From an uncultured Hormoscilla sp. (GTDB taxonomy: Bacteria; Cyanobacteriota; Cyanobacteriia; Cyanobacteriales; Desertifilaceae), in NCBI GenBank assembly GCA_963921275.4, contig OZ001293.3, forward strand, positions 1,440,001-1,504,000: a stretch of DNA of 64,000 bases, given 5' to 3'. Below are positions 34,186-45,400 of the stretch, piece after piece (within the stretch, counting starts at the first letter, position 1; every line of letters starts with the position of its first letter). The notes under the pieces are model-generated. The model was not told the origin of the DNA and did not search any database. It worked only from the letters and a program-made list of their open reading frames with translations. The position numbers and the translations under genes were made by a program.

Positions 34186-35028
34186 CTACTCCAGATCGCC
34201 CATGTTGAATAGGAAGGGGACAGTACTATTAGAGTCTCCACTCATAACTAGCACCTTCGGCATCTGAGCCCCACCTTGTCGCCAAGCCTCGATCGCCTCC
34301 TTTTGCAGCACCAACTCACCCCCTTGCGCTTTCAGGGTTTCAGCCAGTAATTTCTGCGCCTCCGCCTTACCCTTAGCACGATTAACTTCTGCTTGCGCTT
34401 CTTGTTCGGCTTCTTGCGCCACATAGACCGCCCTTTGGGCCCGCTGTTCGGCGATTTGTTTCTCCTCCACCGCCTTGGCAAACTCTGGGGAGAACGTCAG
34501 GTCGATCACGCTAGTATCCAGCACGATGATACCGTACTTTTCTAACCGCTGATTCAAGGTTGAATCAAAGTCTCGCTTGAGTTCCGATCGTTTGGTAACA
34601 GCTTCTTCCACAGTCCGCAGGGCCGCAGCTATTTTGAACGCTTCCTGGGTCTGGGGCGCAATCACTTTCGACACCAGATTCTGCAATGTTCCTTGTGTCC
34701 TGCGGATATCAACTACTTGCAACGGATCCAGGCGGAAGTTGATCGCGAAGCTAGCGCTGATATCCTGTAGATCCTTCGTGGAACTCTGGGCGGGGACTTC
34801 AAACTTTTGCACCGTCACATCATAAACATCCACCACAGAGATCAGGGGGGGCTTAAAGTGGAGACCCTCCAGTAACGCCCCATCTCTAGCTTTACCCAGA
34901 ATACTGATGACTCCTGCTTGACCTGGGTTGATGATTATGAAAGAATTAGAGGCGATCAGAATGATCGCCGCCGCAATAATTCCTCCGATTACTGCTTGAA
35001 TATTGCCTTGGGGTGATTGACTTCTCAA
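34186..35028 (-). CDS. Prohibitin / SPFH (band 7) family protein
   Basis: GLHFKPP, TKDLQ, FSPEFAKAVEEKQIAEQ. Confidence 0.92.
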   Translation of the reverse strand: MRSQSPQGNIQAVIGGIIAAAIILIASNSFIIINPGQAGVISILGKARDGALLEGLHFKPPLISVVDVYDVTVQKFEVPAQSSTKDLQDISASFAINFRLDPLQVVDIRRTQGTLQNLVSKVIAPQTQEAFKIAAALRTVEEAVTKRSELKRDFDSTLNQRLEKYGIIVLDTSVIDLTFSPEFAKAVEEKQIAEQRAQRAVYVAQEAEQEAQAEVNRAKGKAEAQKLLAETLKAQGGELVLQKEAIEAWRQGGAQMPKVLVMSGDSNSTVPFLFNMGDLE

Positions 35029-35444
35029 ATCCTATACTCCTTTATTTTCCTCGTTACTGACTGCGATTTAGTATACTCTGAAGGGTCCCTTTGTTCTTAG
35101 GGCCATATGTCATTGCGAGGGGGGGGCCCAATTGAGAGATCCTTGCGATCAATGAGATACTCCCCCCCTCAGCAATCTCCTAAAGGGCGCACCTCTTGTA
35201 TGCTTCTCGGGGGGTCGATAAGTTGTGCGAACCTAAGTTACTACTGCTAGAGCCCCCCGAGCAATGACACCAGCAATGCTCTTTAGCGCAAGTCGATCCC
35301 TTTGGGAGTATAGTTAGGCGCATCTGTGCCAGATTACAGATTACAGAATAAACCATTTTTACCATAGCGATTGATCGACTATGACATCACAGCAGCCCCA
35401 TGCCAAGCTATCCTGAAAGGGAACTGCCATGCAATAGAACACCC

Positions 35445-36650
35445 ATGACTGCACAACCTACACGCATCTGTATCCTGGGTGGAGGCTTTGGTGGCCTCTA
35501 CACCGCCGGACGCTTAAGCCAGCTACCTTGGGAAAAGTCCCATGAACCGGAAATTCTGCTGGTCGATCGCCATGACCGGTTCTTATTCTCGCCCTTGCTG
35601 TACGAACTGCTGACGGAGGAACTGCAAACCTGGGAGATCGCCCCACCCTTTGCCGAACTTCTAGCCAACACCGGTGTACGCTTCATCAAGGCAACTGTAG
35701 CCGATATTGATGTGGATAGCAAGCAGGTACAGTTGGATAATGGGCAAAAATTACAGGCCGATCGGCTAGTTTTAACCCTGGGTGGCGAGACCCCTTTACA
35801 GATGGTGCCTGGATCTGCCGAGTATGCTATCCCCTTCCGTACCATAGCAGACGCCTATCGTTTGGCTGAAAAACTGCGGATCTTAGAACAGTCTGATGCC
35901 GAAAAGATTCGCATTGCCATTGTTGGTGCCGGTTATTCTGGGGTAGAATTAGCATGCAAGCTAGCGGACAGACTCTCCATGAGGGGACGGGTGCGGTTAA
36001 TTGAACAAGGGGATATGATTTTGCGTACCTCTAGTGAGTTTAACCGAGAAGCTGCCATGGATGCTTTGTCGGCACGGGGTGTATGGACTGATTTGGAAAC
36101 TACTGTCCAATCAATTGAACCAGACTCCGTGTCACTTGTATATAAGGAACAGGTTGACAAAATTCCTGTGGATGTGGTTTTATGGACTGTGGGAACTAGA
36201 GTCCCCGATGTCGTGCGATCGCTACCCCTGAAACAAAACCAACGCCAGCAGTTGATCGCAACACCCACATTGCAAATCATCGACCATCCAGATATTTTTG
36301 CCCTCGGGGATCTAGCAGAATGCCGGGATGCGGTAGGTCAGCAAGTCCCAGCAACAGCCCAAGCAGCCTTACAACAATCAGATTATACCGCCTGGAACAT
36401 CTGGGCATCCCTCACCGGGCGTCCCCTACTGCCTTGGCGCTATCAGAACTTAGGGGAAATGATGACCCTAGGGATAGATAACGCCACTCTTACGGGTTTG
36501 GGAGTGAAACTAGATGGTCCGTTGGCTCATATTGCCCGACGTCTAATATACCTCTATCGCCTGCCCACATTCAATCACCAAGTGAAAGTTGGTTTTAACT
36601 GGATGACTAAACCTCTACAGTCGGCGCTAATGGAAGTCTTGTCTACTTGA
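35445..36650 (+). CDS. ndbB: Type II NAD(P)H dehydrogenase, NdbB/demethylphylloquinone reductase-like
   Basis: GGGFGGLY, FLFSPLLYE, GAGYSGVELA, PATAQAA. Confidence 0.8.
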   Translation: MTAQPTRICILGGGFGGLYTAGRLSQLPWEKSHEPEILLVDRHDRFLFSPLLYELLTEELQTWEIAPPFAELLANTGVRFIKATVADIDVDSKQVQLDNGQKLQADRLVLTLGGETPLQMVPGSAEYAIPFRTIADAYRLAEKLRILEQSDAEKIRIAIVGAGYSGVELACKLADRLSMRGRVRLIEQGDMILRTSSEFNREAAMDALSARGVWTDLETTVQSIEPDSVSLVYKEQVDKIPVDVVLWTVGTRVPDVVRSLPLKQNQRQQLIATPTLQIIDHPDIFALGDLAECRDAVGQQVPATAQAALQQSDYTAWNIWASLTGRPLLPWRYQNLGEMMTLGIDNATLTGLGVKLDGPLAHIARRLIYLYRLPTFNHQVKVGFNWMTKPLQSALMEVLST

Positions 36651-37229
36651 ATTATCGGTGGGCGGGTGTGGTCATGCATTAGTTGATATCCTTCTGGATT
36701 GGATCGACTTGCGCAAAATGTTGAAGTTGATGTCATGGCTTCGATATCTCTGGGTCGAGGTATCTCCTGGGAGCTTGATGTCCCCCGGACCCACTTCGAT
36801 GCCTTCGGGATGCAACGGAGGCAACCCCTCAGGCATCGCTCAGGCATCGTCGAAACCCGGGCGACATCATCTGAGCACAAAAGAGGAGATACCTCGCGCT
36901 ACTCGCACTACCCCAGAGATATCGAGGGGGGATACCAAAGCAGTAACTGTGGTATGCTTTTCTATCAGACCCCCCGTTAGCGCAGCGGCTGCGCTAACGG
37001 GGGGCTACTTCCTCTTGCACAAGCATCTTTCAATAGAACCCCCCTCGCAATGACATAAGGGAGGTTACTGTGAAGCTTCCAAAGGGGTGTGGTCAAAAGT
37101 AGCGGTGCCCACGGGCAAGCGATCCGCCCGTCCCACCTATCCTCGATGCGCGAGGGGTAGTGCGAATAGCGCGCCCCGAGTGCATCGAAGGGCAGGCGAT
37201 CCGCCCGCCCGACGTTCATGAACAATATA

Positions 37230-37943
37230 ATGAAACAACCAAAAGTAATTTTTTTAGATGCCGTTGGCACCCTGTTTGGCATCCGGGAAACTGTAGGTCA
37301 AGTGTATGCAATGCTAGCGCGTCAGTCAGGTGTCGAGGTAGCAGCTGAGGCCCTAGATGCAGCATTCATCCAGAGTTTTAGATCCTCTCGGCCAGCTGCA
37401 TTCCCCGGAATAAACCCAGTCGATATCCCCACCCATGAATATAACTGGTGGAAAGTAATCGCCATGCAAACATTTCAACAAGTAAGGGTTTGGCAACAGT
37501 TTTCCGACTTTGACAGTTTCTTTAGCAAACTATACGCTTACTTTGCTACAACAGATCCCTGGTTTGTTTATTCCGATGTCTTTTCTGCCTTATCATCTTG
37601 GCAGCAGTCCGGGATCGAGTTAGGAGTTTTATCTAACTTTGATTCTCGGATATACTCAGTATTACAAGCATTCGGACTGGCAGAATTTTTCACATCCGTG
37701 ACAATATCTACAGAAGTAGGTGCTGCTAAACCCGATCGCCATATTTTTGCAGCCACCTTAGCAAAACATAATTGTTCTCCGAGTGACGCCTGGCACATTG
37801 GGGATAGCTTTAAGGAAGATTATAAAGCCGCCCAAAAGGCTGGTTTACAAGCCATCTGGCTAAAAAGAAATCATCAAGCAGGTACGGAAGAGGGCGACTT
37901 CTGGACAACTCTACAGCCTCAGAACCAGGCGATCGACAATTAA
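37230..37943 (+). CDS. HAD-superfamily hydrolase
   Basis: FLDAVGTL, SNFD, KPD, HIGDS...D motifs. Confidence 0.9.
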   Translation: MKQPKVIFLDAVGTLFGIRETVGQVYAMLARQSGVEVAAEALDAAFIQSFRSSRPAAFPGINPVDIPTHEYNWWKVIAMQTFQQVRVWQQFSDFDSFFSKLYAYFATTDPWFVYSDVFSALSSWQQSGIELGVLSNFDSRIYSVLQAFGLAEFFTSVTISTEVGAAKPDRHIFAATLAKHNCSPSDAWHIGDSFKEDYKAAQKAGLQAIWLKRNHQAGTEEGDFWTTLQPQNQAIDN

Positions 37944-38718
37944 ATAAAGATTTCTTCTGATTCAGGACTATAGATATAGTCATAATTAAAATTAAAGCTT
38001 TTAATATTTATCATGATAGAAAAGCCAAATTACGTGACAATCTTTGTAGTAAATGTGGCTATTATCAGCTCAATCAATTTCTTGTCTGACAAAATCGGTT
38101 CTTTGACAAAGTAACTCCGTTTAGCAAAGAATAACTTTTCATCTTTGGGCATAATAATTCCATTCTTTGGGCATAATAATTCCATTAATTATATGTGCAT
38201 GTTGAATGGGCTTAATATAATTTTTGAGAAAATCTTCCTGATTAATCTGCATTCTATATAATCTTTCATGTTGTAACCAACTCATTGTAAACATAATTTT
38301 CATAATTTCAAAGCCAAGAATATAATTGAAGACATTATTTTTTTCTTCAACACTAAGAACTAGACGGAGCACAGATTATAAATATTGGTTAGGCTGGATG
38401 CGCAGATCATGAGCTGAATGAATATAAAACTGTTTAATATAGCTTCTCAAGATATCTTCTCTGAGGTTGGTCGGAATCAGGAATTGTTTGAGATAGCGTT
38501 GAACTTTATTTTTAGTATAGCGGTCTTCGAGCATTTTGGAGACCAAGCCATCGGCAGTATAATCATCTAAAAATTCAGCTTGGGTTTCCAGCCGAAAGCA
38601 GAAGATGACATAAAGATAAAACATAACGGCGGTGTTGCCAGGGCAAACTTTCCGCCCATTTTCTGGCTTCAGGAGGTAGTTTCTGAATCATACTTTTCAA
38701 ATTTTAGCCCTCATTCAT
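37940..38718 (-). pseudogene. AT-rich hypothetical gene in fragments
   Basis: ORFs 38376..38624 and 38139..38372 in successive frames; 22-bp duplication at about 38143-38186 shifts the frame. Confidence 0.45.
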
Positions 38719-39362
38719 GACCATAAAATTGAGTAAGGAAAACAAACCGCGTAGCGCTAGCGTGCCCAGGTGCGAGAGTCGCTGCAAGCAACTGAGATAA
38801 TTATATAATTGAAGAGCGCAGTTCGAGGTCTCCTGGTCGGGAGATGTATCCTGGGGCGAGGTATCTCCCGGGAGCGCTAGTCGCACAAAAGGGGGAGATA
38901 CCTCGCGCTGCACTACCCAGGATACATCGTACTCGCACTACCCAGGAGACCTCGAAGCGTGAATAATCTAGAATGAGAGGATTACCTATGGGAGAACTGG
39001 CAGCAGGAGCAGGGCAAGAATTAAGAAATCCAGTTTTGTGTCAAAACTGGATTGAAAAACATAAGTAAATATACTTATGTGCAGGCCAGTAAGCACCCAG
39101 ATATGACAAGATGCCCCCTAATGCTGTATTTTAGATGTAGTAGTGAAGTCAGTAAAATAACTGACAGTCCGCATAAGATAAATGCTATTAATAGTTGTTA
39201 GCTTAAGCCAATAGGCGTTGCACATTTTGGGGATGATGCCATTTGTTGCATATAACTGAAAGTGGCTTGTAGTCTACGTTTAAAACTTCTGCAACGATGC
39301 TCATCATCCCGTCCGAAGTGCAACGCCAGCCAATAAACAAGCGCAAGCCACGGAAGATAACT

Positions 39363-40547
39363 ATGCCACTCAAGCAGTCCCAAGTTCTGTCTCTGCTTCA
39401 GGCAAGGCGATCGGACTTTAAAAGATTTGACCAAAGTGCTGCCATAGTAAAGCGGTATAGGGAAGCATGGGCAGCAGCAGCATCGGATTTTTCTGAACTG
39501 GCCCGATCGTCCGAGGGGCCCCTGGCAGCAGTACCATTGGAGAAAGTTGCCAGTCAGGCAATCCCCTTTGAGATCGAATTGACGAACCGGGAGGAAAGAT
39601 TAGCATGGGCGCGGCCACGGCTGACAGGAGTAACCACCTTTGCCGTGGATGGTTCCCAAATTTATCCTAGTAAAGATTTCTCAATCCCGATCGCCCTCAT
39701 CCAAGTAGGATGGTATGAAAATCAGCACTTGCCCGCCAGCGCTTATCAGAAAGATGTGGCGGTCGATATTTTGACTCCAGCCCAGCTGCGGACATCTGGT
39801 TCGAGTAGCCAGGCTCTAGAGCGGGTCGTTAACCGGCGTCGGTTTGAGTTGGAAATCAGGCGGCTGATTAAGTATATGCAGGAGCATCGTCAGGATGGCT
39901 CACGGACTCTAGTCTTCTACGACGGATCTTTGATTGCTAGTTTTGCCGAAACCCAAGATCCAGAGAGCCGGGAATTTTACGTGCAAAATCTGCGACAGCT
40001 GTTACATACTAGCGAACGATGTCGGGTGCCTTTAGTCGGTTATATCGATACCACAACTGCTCGCGACCTGACAGAGACATTGCGAGAGTTGTTTGCCTTG
40101 CCAGAAATGCCTGGACTTAACGATGCCCAACTGCTGCACCCTCAAATGCAGTGGGACTCGCGAACTGGACTCTGGAGGTGCCAACGGCCTGGTATTCTCA
40201 AGGAATACGGATCTTGGGCTGACAAAATCGCCTTCTGTTATTTGAAAACCAATGACGGTTATCCGGCTCGCCTGGAAATGCCAATATGGATATATGAAGA
40301 TTGCGCTGCGCGCACGCTACGCGATCGAAAAGACTCTTTGCTGGAGCGGGCGATAGACTGGGTAATGGGTGAAGTAATTATTGGCGGCGGTTATCCCTAC
40401 GCCATTGAAACAGCAGATCAAGTAGCCGTACTGCAAGCAAAGGATCGGCAACTCTTTTACCAACTGCTGCAAGACTGGGCCGACAAAGAAAAGTTGAATC
40501 TCCGTCTTTCCCGCAAAATGGTCAGCAAAGTGCGCCGTCGTTCGTAG
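39363..40547 (+). CDS. nurA: NurA-family nuclease
   Basis: FAVDGSQ, FYDGSL, GYPYAIETAD motifs. Confidence 0.85.
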   Translation: MPLKQSQVLSLLQARRSDFKRFDQSAAIVKRYREAWAAAASDFSELARSSEGPLAAVPLEKVASQAIPFEIELTNREERLAWARPRLTGVTTFAVDGSQIYPSKDFSIPIALIQVGWYENQHLPASAYQKDVAVDILTPAQLRTSGSSSQALERVVNRRRFELEIRRLIKYMQEHRQDGSRTLVFYDGSLIASFAETQDPESREFYVQNLRQLLHTSERCRVPLVGYIDTTTARDLTETLRELFALPEMPGLNDAQLLHPQMQWDSRTGLWRCQRPGILKEYGSWADKIAFCYLKTNDGYPARLEMPIWIYEDCAARTLRDRKDSLLERAIDWVMGEVIIGGGYPYAIETADQVAVLQAKDRQLFYQLLQDWADKEKLNLRLSRKMVSKVRRRS

Positions 40548-40742
40548 GGCGGGCGTCTCCCCTGCTCGGGGGGAAAGGAACGTCTCCGATGTCTCCGCGA
40601 TGTGCGATGCGCAGTGCGAATAGCGCGCATCGCAGATCGAGAGCGCTATTCGCACTACTCCGGAGACATCGGGCGGGCATCTCGCCTGCCCGTCAATTGT
40701 AATTCGCAATTGGCAAAAATTACCAACCATCATTCCGAAAAA

Positions 40743-42414
40743 ATGCAACGCCGATATGAGTTTTTAATTTCTGGTTTGGTTGTTGTTGCCTGTATTGCCC
40801 CAAATTGGGCCAGTTCTGCTTCTATATCCTCTCAGGACGATGGCGCTGCGCGCACGCTACGCGATCGGGTCATAAACTACGCCCAGTCTTTACCAAACCG
40901 ATCGGCAGAACCAGAAAAGCCGATCGCGATCGAGAAAATAGAAGTGAAGGGCAGTACCATTTTCGGACCAGATATCCTTGACTCGATCGTCCAACCTTTG
41001 TTAGGCCGTTCCGTTACCCTGAAAGAACTAACCCAGACAGCCGATCGGATTACCCAATTGTACCTCAGCGGCGGCTTCATCAACTCTCGGGCAATTATAC
41101 CAGACCAAGAGATTATCGCAGGCATCGTCCAGATTCAGGTGATCGAAGGGTCTCTGGAGTCCATCGAAGTCGAAGGAACGCGCCAAGTAAATCCAGAATA
41201 CATCCGATCGCGGGTGCGTTTGAGAGTCAAGACCCCTCTGAATAGCGCCGATCTAGAAGAACAGTTAAGATTGCTCAATACTAATCCTTTATTTGAGAAT
41301 GTGGAAGCTAGTCTGCGTGCAGGTGGTGATATCGACCGGAGTATTCTCGTGGTGCGGGTGACTGAGGCCAAGCAAGTAGATACTAGCTTATTTGTGGATA
41401 ACTATTCTCCCCCCAGTATTGGCAGCGAAAGATTTGGCGGTACGGTTCGCTATCGTAATTTAATTGGTATTGGCGATGAGTTGGCCGGATCCTATAGCCG
41501 CACTACGACAGGGGGCGCTGATGTTTATTCCTTTGATTATCGGGTGCCCGTTAATGCTAGAGATGGCAATCTCTCACTCAGAATAGCAGGAAATCGCAAT
41601 CATATTACTGCGACTGAATTCCAGGAGTTCGGCATTCGGGGCAAGTCGAGGGCTTTTGATATTACTTACCAGCAACCTATTCTGCGCAACCTGCGTTCTG
41701 AGTTAGCTATATCTGTCGGGTTCTCTCACCAAAATGGTCAAACTTTTTTGTTTGATAACCAACCTGTTGGCTTTGGTTCTGGTCCCAATGCAGATGGTAA
41801 CAGTCGTACCAGTGTAGTGAAGCTAGGAACTTCTTTCTTACACCGTGAAGTTAATGGTGCTTGGGCCCTGCGATCGCAATTTAGTTTCGGCACGGGCTTA
41901 TTAGATGCTACCATAAATCCCGAACCAATTCCCGATGGACGTTTTTTCAGCTGGTTTTTTTCTGGCAGACGGGTGCAACTTTTGGGTGCGGATCATCTAC
42001 TCATTTTTGCAGGCCGACCTCCAGCTTACCCCTGATAGTCTCCTACCTTCCCAACAATTTCTGATTGGCGGCGGTCAATCTTTGCGGGGCTATCGCCAAA
42101 ATGCACGGGCTGGAGATAATGGTTTTCGGCTTTCTATTGAAGACCGAATTACTGTCGGACGGGATAATACAAATAATTTGACTGCACAGCTGATTCCTTT
42201 TGCAGATCTGGGCCTGGTCTGGAATAGGTTTGATAATCCCAATTCTTTACCGGAACAGACCTTTCTTGCTAGTTTCGGTTTAGGATTATCTTGGCAGCCT
42301 TTTCCTGGTGTAGATATGCGATTTGACTATGCTTTGCCTTTGGTTGACTTGGACGATCGGGGTAACAATGCTCAAGATAGCGGTTTTTCCTTCAGCATTA
42401 ATTTTCAACTTTGA
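40743..42414 (+). pseudogene. ShlB/FhaC/HecB (TpsB) outer-membrane transporter, frameshifted near 42005
   Basis: POTRA domains (ITQLYLSGGFINSRA); GGGQSLRGY and terminal F lie in the second frame. Confidence 0.85.
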
Positions 42415-42423
42415 TAGTTCAAT

Positions 42424-45400
42424 TTACCAAGGGTTACCAATCATCGTGAAAGCCGACCAGAAGTAAGGATGGGATAGAGATGTCTGTTGAATGCCTCTGA
42501 GAGTTGGGGGTAAAGAGATGCCTTCTGCTACTGCTGGCAGATGCAGGCGATCGCCCTCGAAATGGATGCGCCCAGAAATCATCGCCATCTGGGCCTGGCG
42601 CAGGGCCTCTGCCTTAATAGGTGCATTTTTCAGCTGTCCGTAAAACTCCGTCATCAGCCCCAATGTCCCCTCATCACTTACATACCATAAAGAAGCCAAA
42701 ACCGACTTAACTCCCGCGTTCACCGCAAACCCAGCAAAACCAAACTCCGCCTCCTCATTACCGAAGGCTGTCTGGCAAGCACTCAGCACCACCAAATCCA
42801 CTTGCAGTTTATCCCAACCCACCTGTTCCATTTGGTCTAAATGTAGCTTCCGATCGGACCACAACTGAATATAAGAATTACTGAGGGCACCCGGGCGGAA
42901 CTCCGCGTGGGTAGCGAGGTGAATTATCCCATAAGACCCTTTATGTAGTTGGCTTTTCAGATTAGCGAAAGTAAAAGCCTGGTTCAAGAAAGATTCGCCT
43001 CCCCACTCCTGCGCGATCTTCTTTATCTCTATTGGCACCGCTGGCAAGGGACCATGTTCCAGAAATTCCGAGGCCCCCATTGCCAGCAGATTCTTTTTCT
43101 TGACATCCACATAGCTAGCATCAGATAGGGTCAAGCTGGGCATCAGACCAAAGCTATATTGCTGCACCAGAAACTCCTCACCATCATGCAGGGCAGCTAT
43201 TGGCAGAGAACGCAACCCCCCATCCATGATGAAAACTAAATTCTGGACCCCGAGTCCTTGCAAATCAGCCCGGAGTGGTTGGATCATCCACTGGTAAAGT
43301 TGTTGGGCTGAGGGTAGATAGCTAGTAGTATCAATTTTTCTCCGATTTGTGACTTCTCGATAGAACTCCTGAGTTGTGGACATCACGCGCGATCGGGTAG
43401 CCTCTTTAATTCTATAGCGGATTGGCAGACCCTCCGCCGTCACCAGCATCAACTCCAAATGGTCTGACTCCATCTTGGGCCCTGATTTTCCCAGCCGATT
43501 TTTCCGGAACGGTGTATTTTCCCAGATTAACTCAGATTCCCCTTCCCTTTTTTCCATCCCATCCTTTTGCTGGCTGGGCACAAAACTGATATAGATAATC
43601 CCTGGCCTTACCTTAATGGATTGCTCAATTTTACCCAGAAAATGGCGCGCATCATCCAGAGTCCGCACTTTGTACTTGTCAGAAGGTATCTGTAAATACT
43701 CGGCAAACTGATTTGTGAACTCCTCTTCCCGTTCAGAAGCCATCCTGTATAATTCCCGATCGCTCCCAGTGGCATTCTGGAAGAATATGCTGTCCACAGA
43801 CCCTATTGATGATGTTTCCTCTTCTGAGGCCGATCGCCCCATCACCTCTTCCTCGGAGCTTGGATCTGCCTGGGTATCTGGTTCTGTCTGGAGGTCAGCA
43901 GTTTCAGTCTCCTCCTTACCTGGCTCCCGCCTGGTAACCTCTTCTGAGACTGGAACATCATCCGACACTACTTCCTCTTGTGGCGGTAAGTTTTCATCTG
44001 GTTCTGTCTGGAGGTCAGCAGTTTCAGTCTCCTCCTTACCTGGCTCCCGCCTGGTAACCTCTTCTGAGACTGGAACATCATCCGACACTACTTCCTCTTG
44101 TGGCGGTAAGTTTTCATCTGGTTCAATTAAATCGTCAGTATCTAAAACCACTTCTGGTTCGGTACTTGGTTCAGAATCTTCTGATACTGGCGGTTCAGAG
44201 ATAGTGGGTGAAGGTTCTTCTTCTGGGGACAAATCTACTTCTCCTGGCGGCTCTTCTGATAGATCCTCAGGAGGATCGGTTATTTCTTCCCCTAGCATTA
44301 AATCTTCCTCTGGTGGCGCGAGTAGGGTCGGGTCTTCTTCTTCTGGCGGCGGTAGATTTTCTTCCCCTAGCGGTATCCCTGGACTGTTTGTTTCGATCGT
44401 AATATTTCCCAAGTTGCTCGTACCAGTAAAAGATTGGGATGGTTCCATCGTAAACTCTCCACTGGTAATCGCAGCAGCTGTGCCTAATATCTGAGCATCT
44501 CCGATATGAAAAGGTTCAAACTGACTCGCGCCTGTGTGACGAATGGCGATCGTCCCACCTCCCGTTCCACCTGCTGTAGAAATACTTGCCTCATTGGTGC
44601 TAGCAGCGGATGTTTCAAACCGACCTGTTGCCCGGAATAAGCTACCTGTGATGGCAACATCCCCTCCGAGGCCCTCTGACCCCCCTTCTGCATTAATAAA
44701 TTCAACAGAGACATCACCACCCGTCAGACTCACATTGCCACCATTTCCCAGCTCAGCATTCGTATTTATTTGTCCAGTTGTAATTTCCCCATCGGCCCCT
44801 ATAGATATCTGTCCGCCTTGACCTTGTCCTCTAGCATTGAGATTACCTGTTTGTACCGTTCCCATCTGTGCTTGACTCGTAACATCCCCTCCATTCCCAA
44901 CAACTCCAGAGCTGTCTATATCACCAGTATTTATACTTCCCCCAGTACTCTGTAGAACGATCGCCCCACCATTATATCCCGAACTCGAAATAATACTTGT
45001 TCCTGTAATAATGTCCCCTGCTGCTACCATGTCAATGGTTCCTCCATCACCGGAAGCAGAGCTGGAGATTATTTCCCCTGTAATGGTATCAATTTTCCCA
45101 TTTGTCGTGTTTATGGGGATGTTTCCTCCCCGTCCGCTACCCCCAGAACTGGAGTTAATTGCACCTGTAATCACGTCACCCCTGGCCGTTGCTGTTATTG
45201 CTCCTCCCTCACCTATATTCCCCCTCGATATCAGGCTTCCAGAGCTTGTATCAATATTCCCGCCGCTATTGAGAGTAATATCGCCTCCCCTGTTCTGTCC
45301 GCTGCTATCCAGGTGAAGAGTGTTAATATTACCCCCACTATCAAGTGTAATATTTCCTCCCTCACCAGAAACCGAGACCGCATTGAGCCTTGTTCCTGGT

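Noticed and set aside
36575..37348. Several overlapping 60-130 aa ORFs between ndbB and the HAD gene (likewise 51880-52905)
   Set aside because: Composed of GC-rich hairpin repeats that lack stops; no protein motifs
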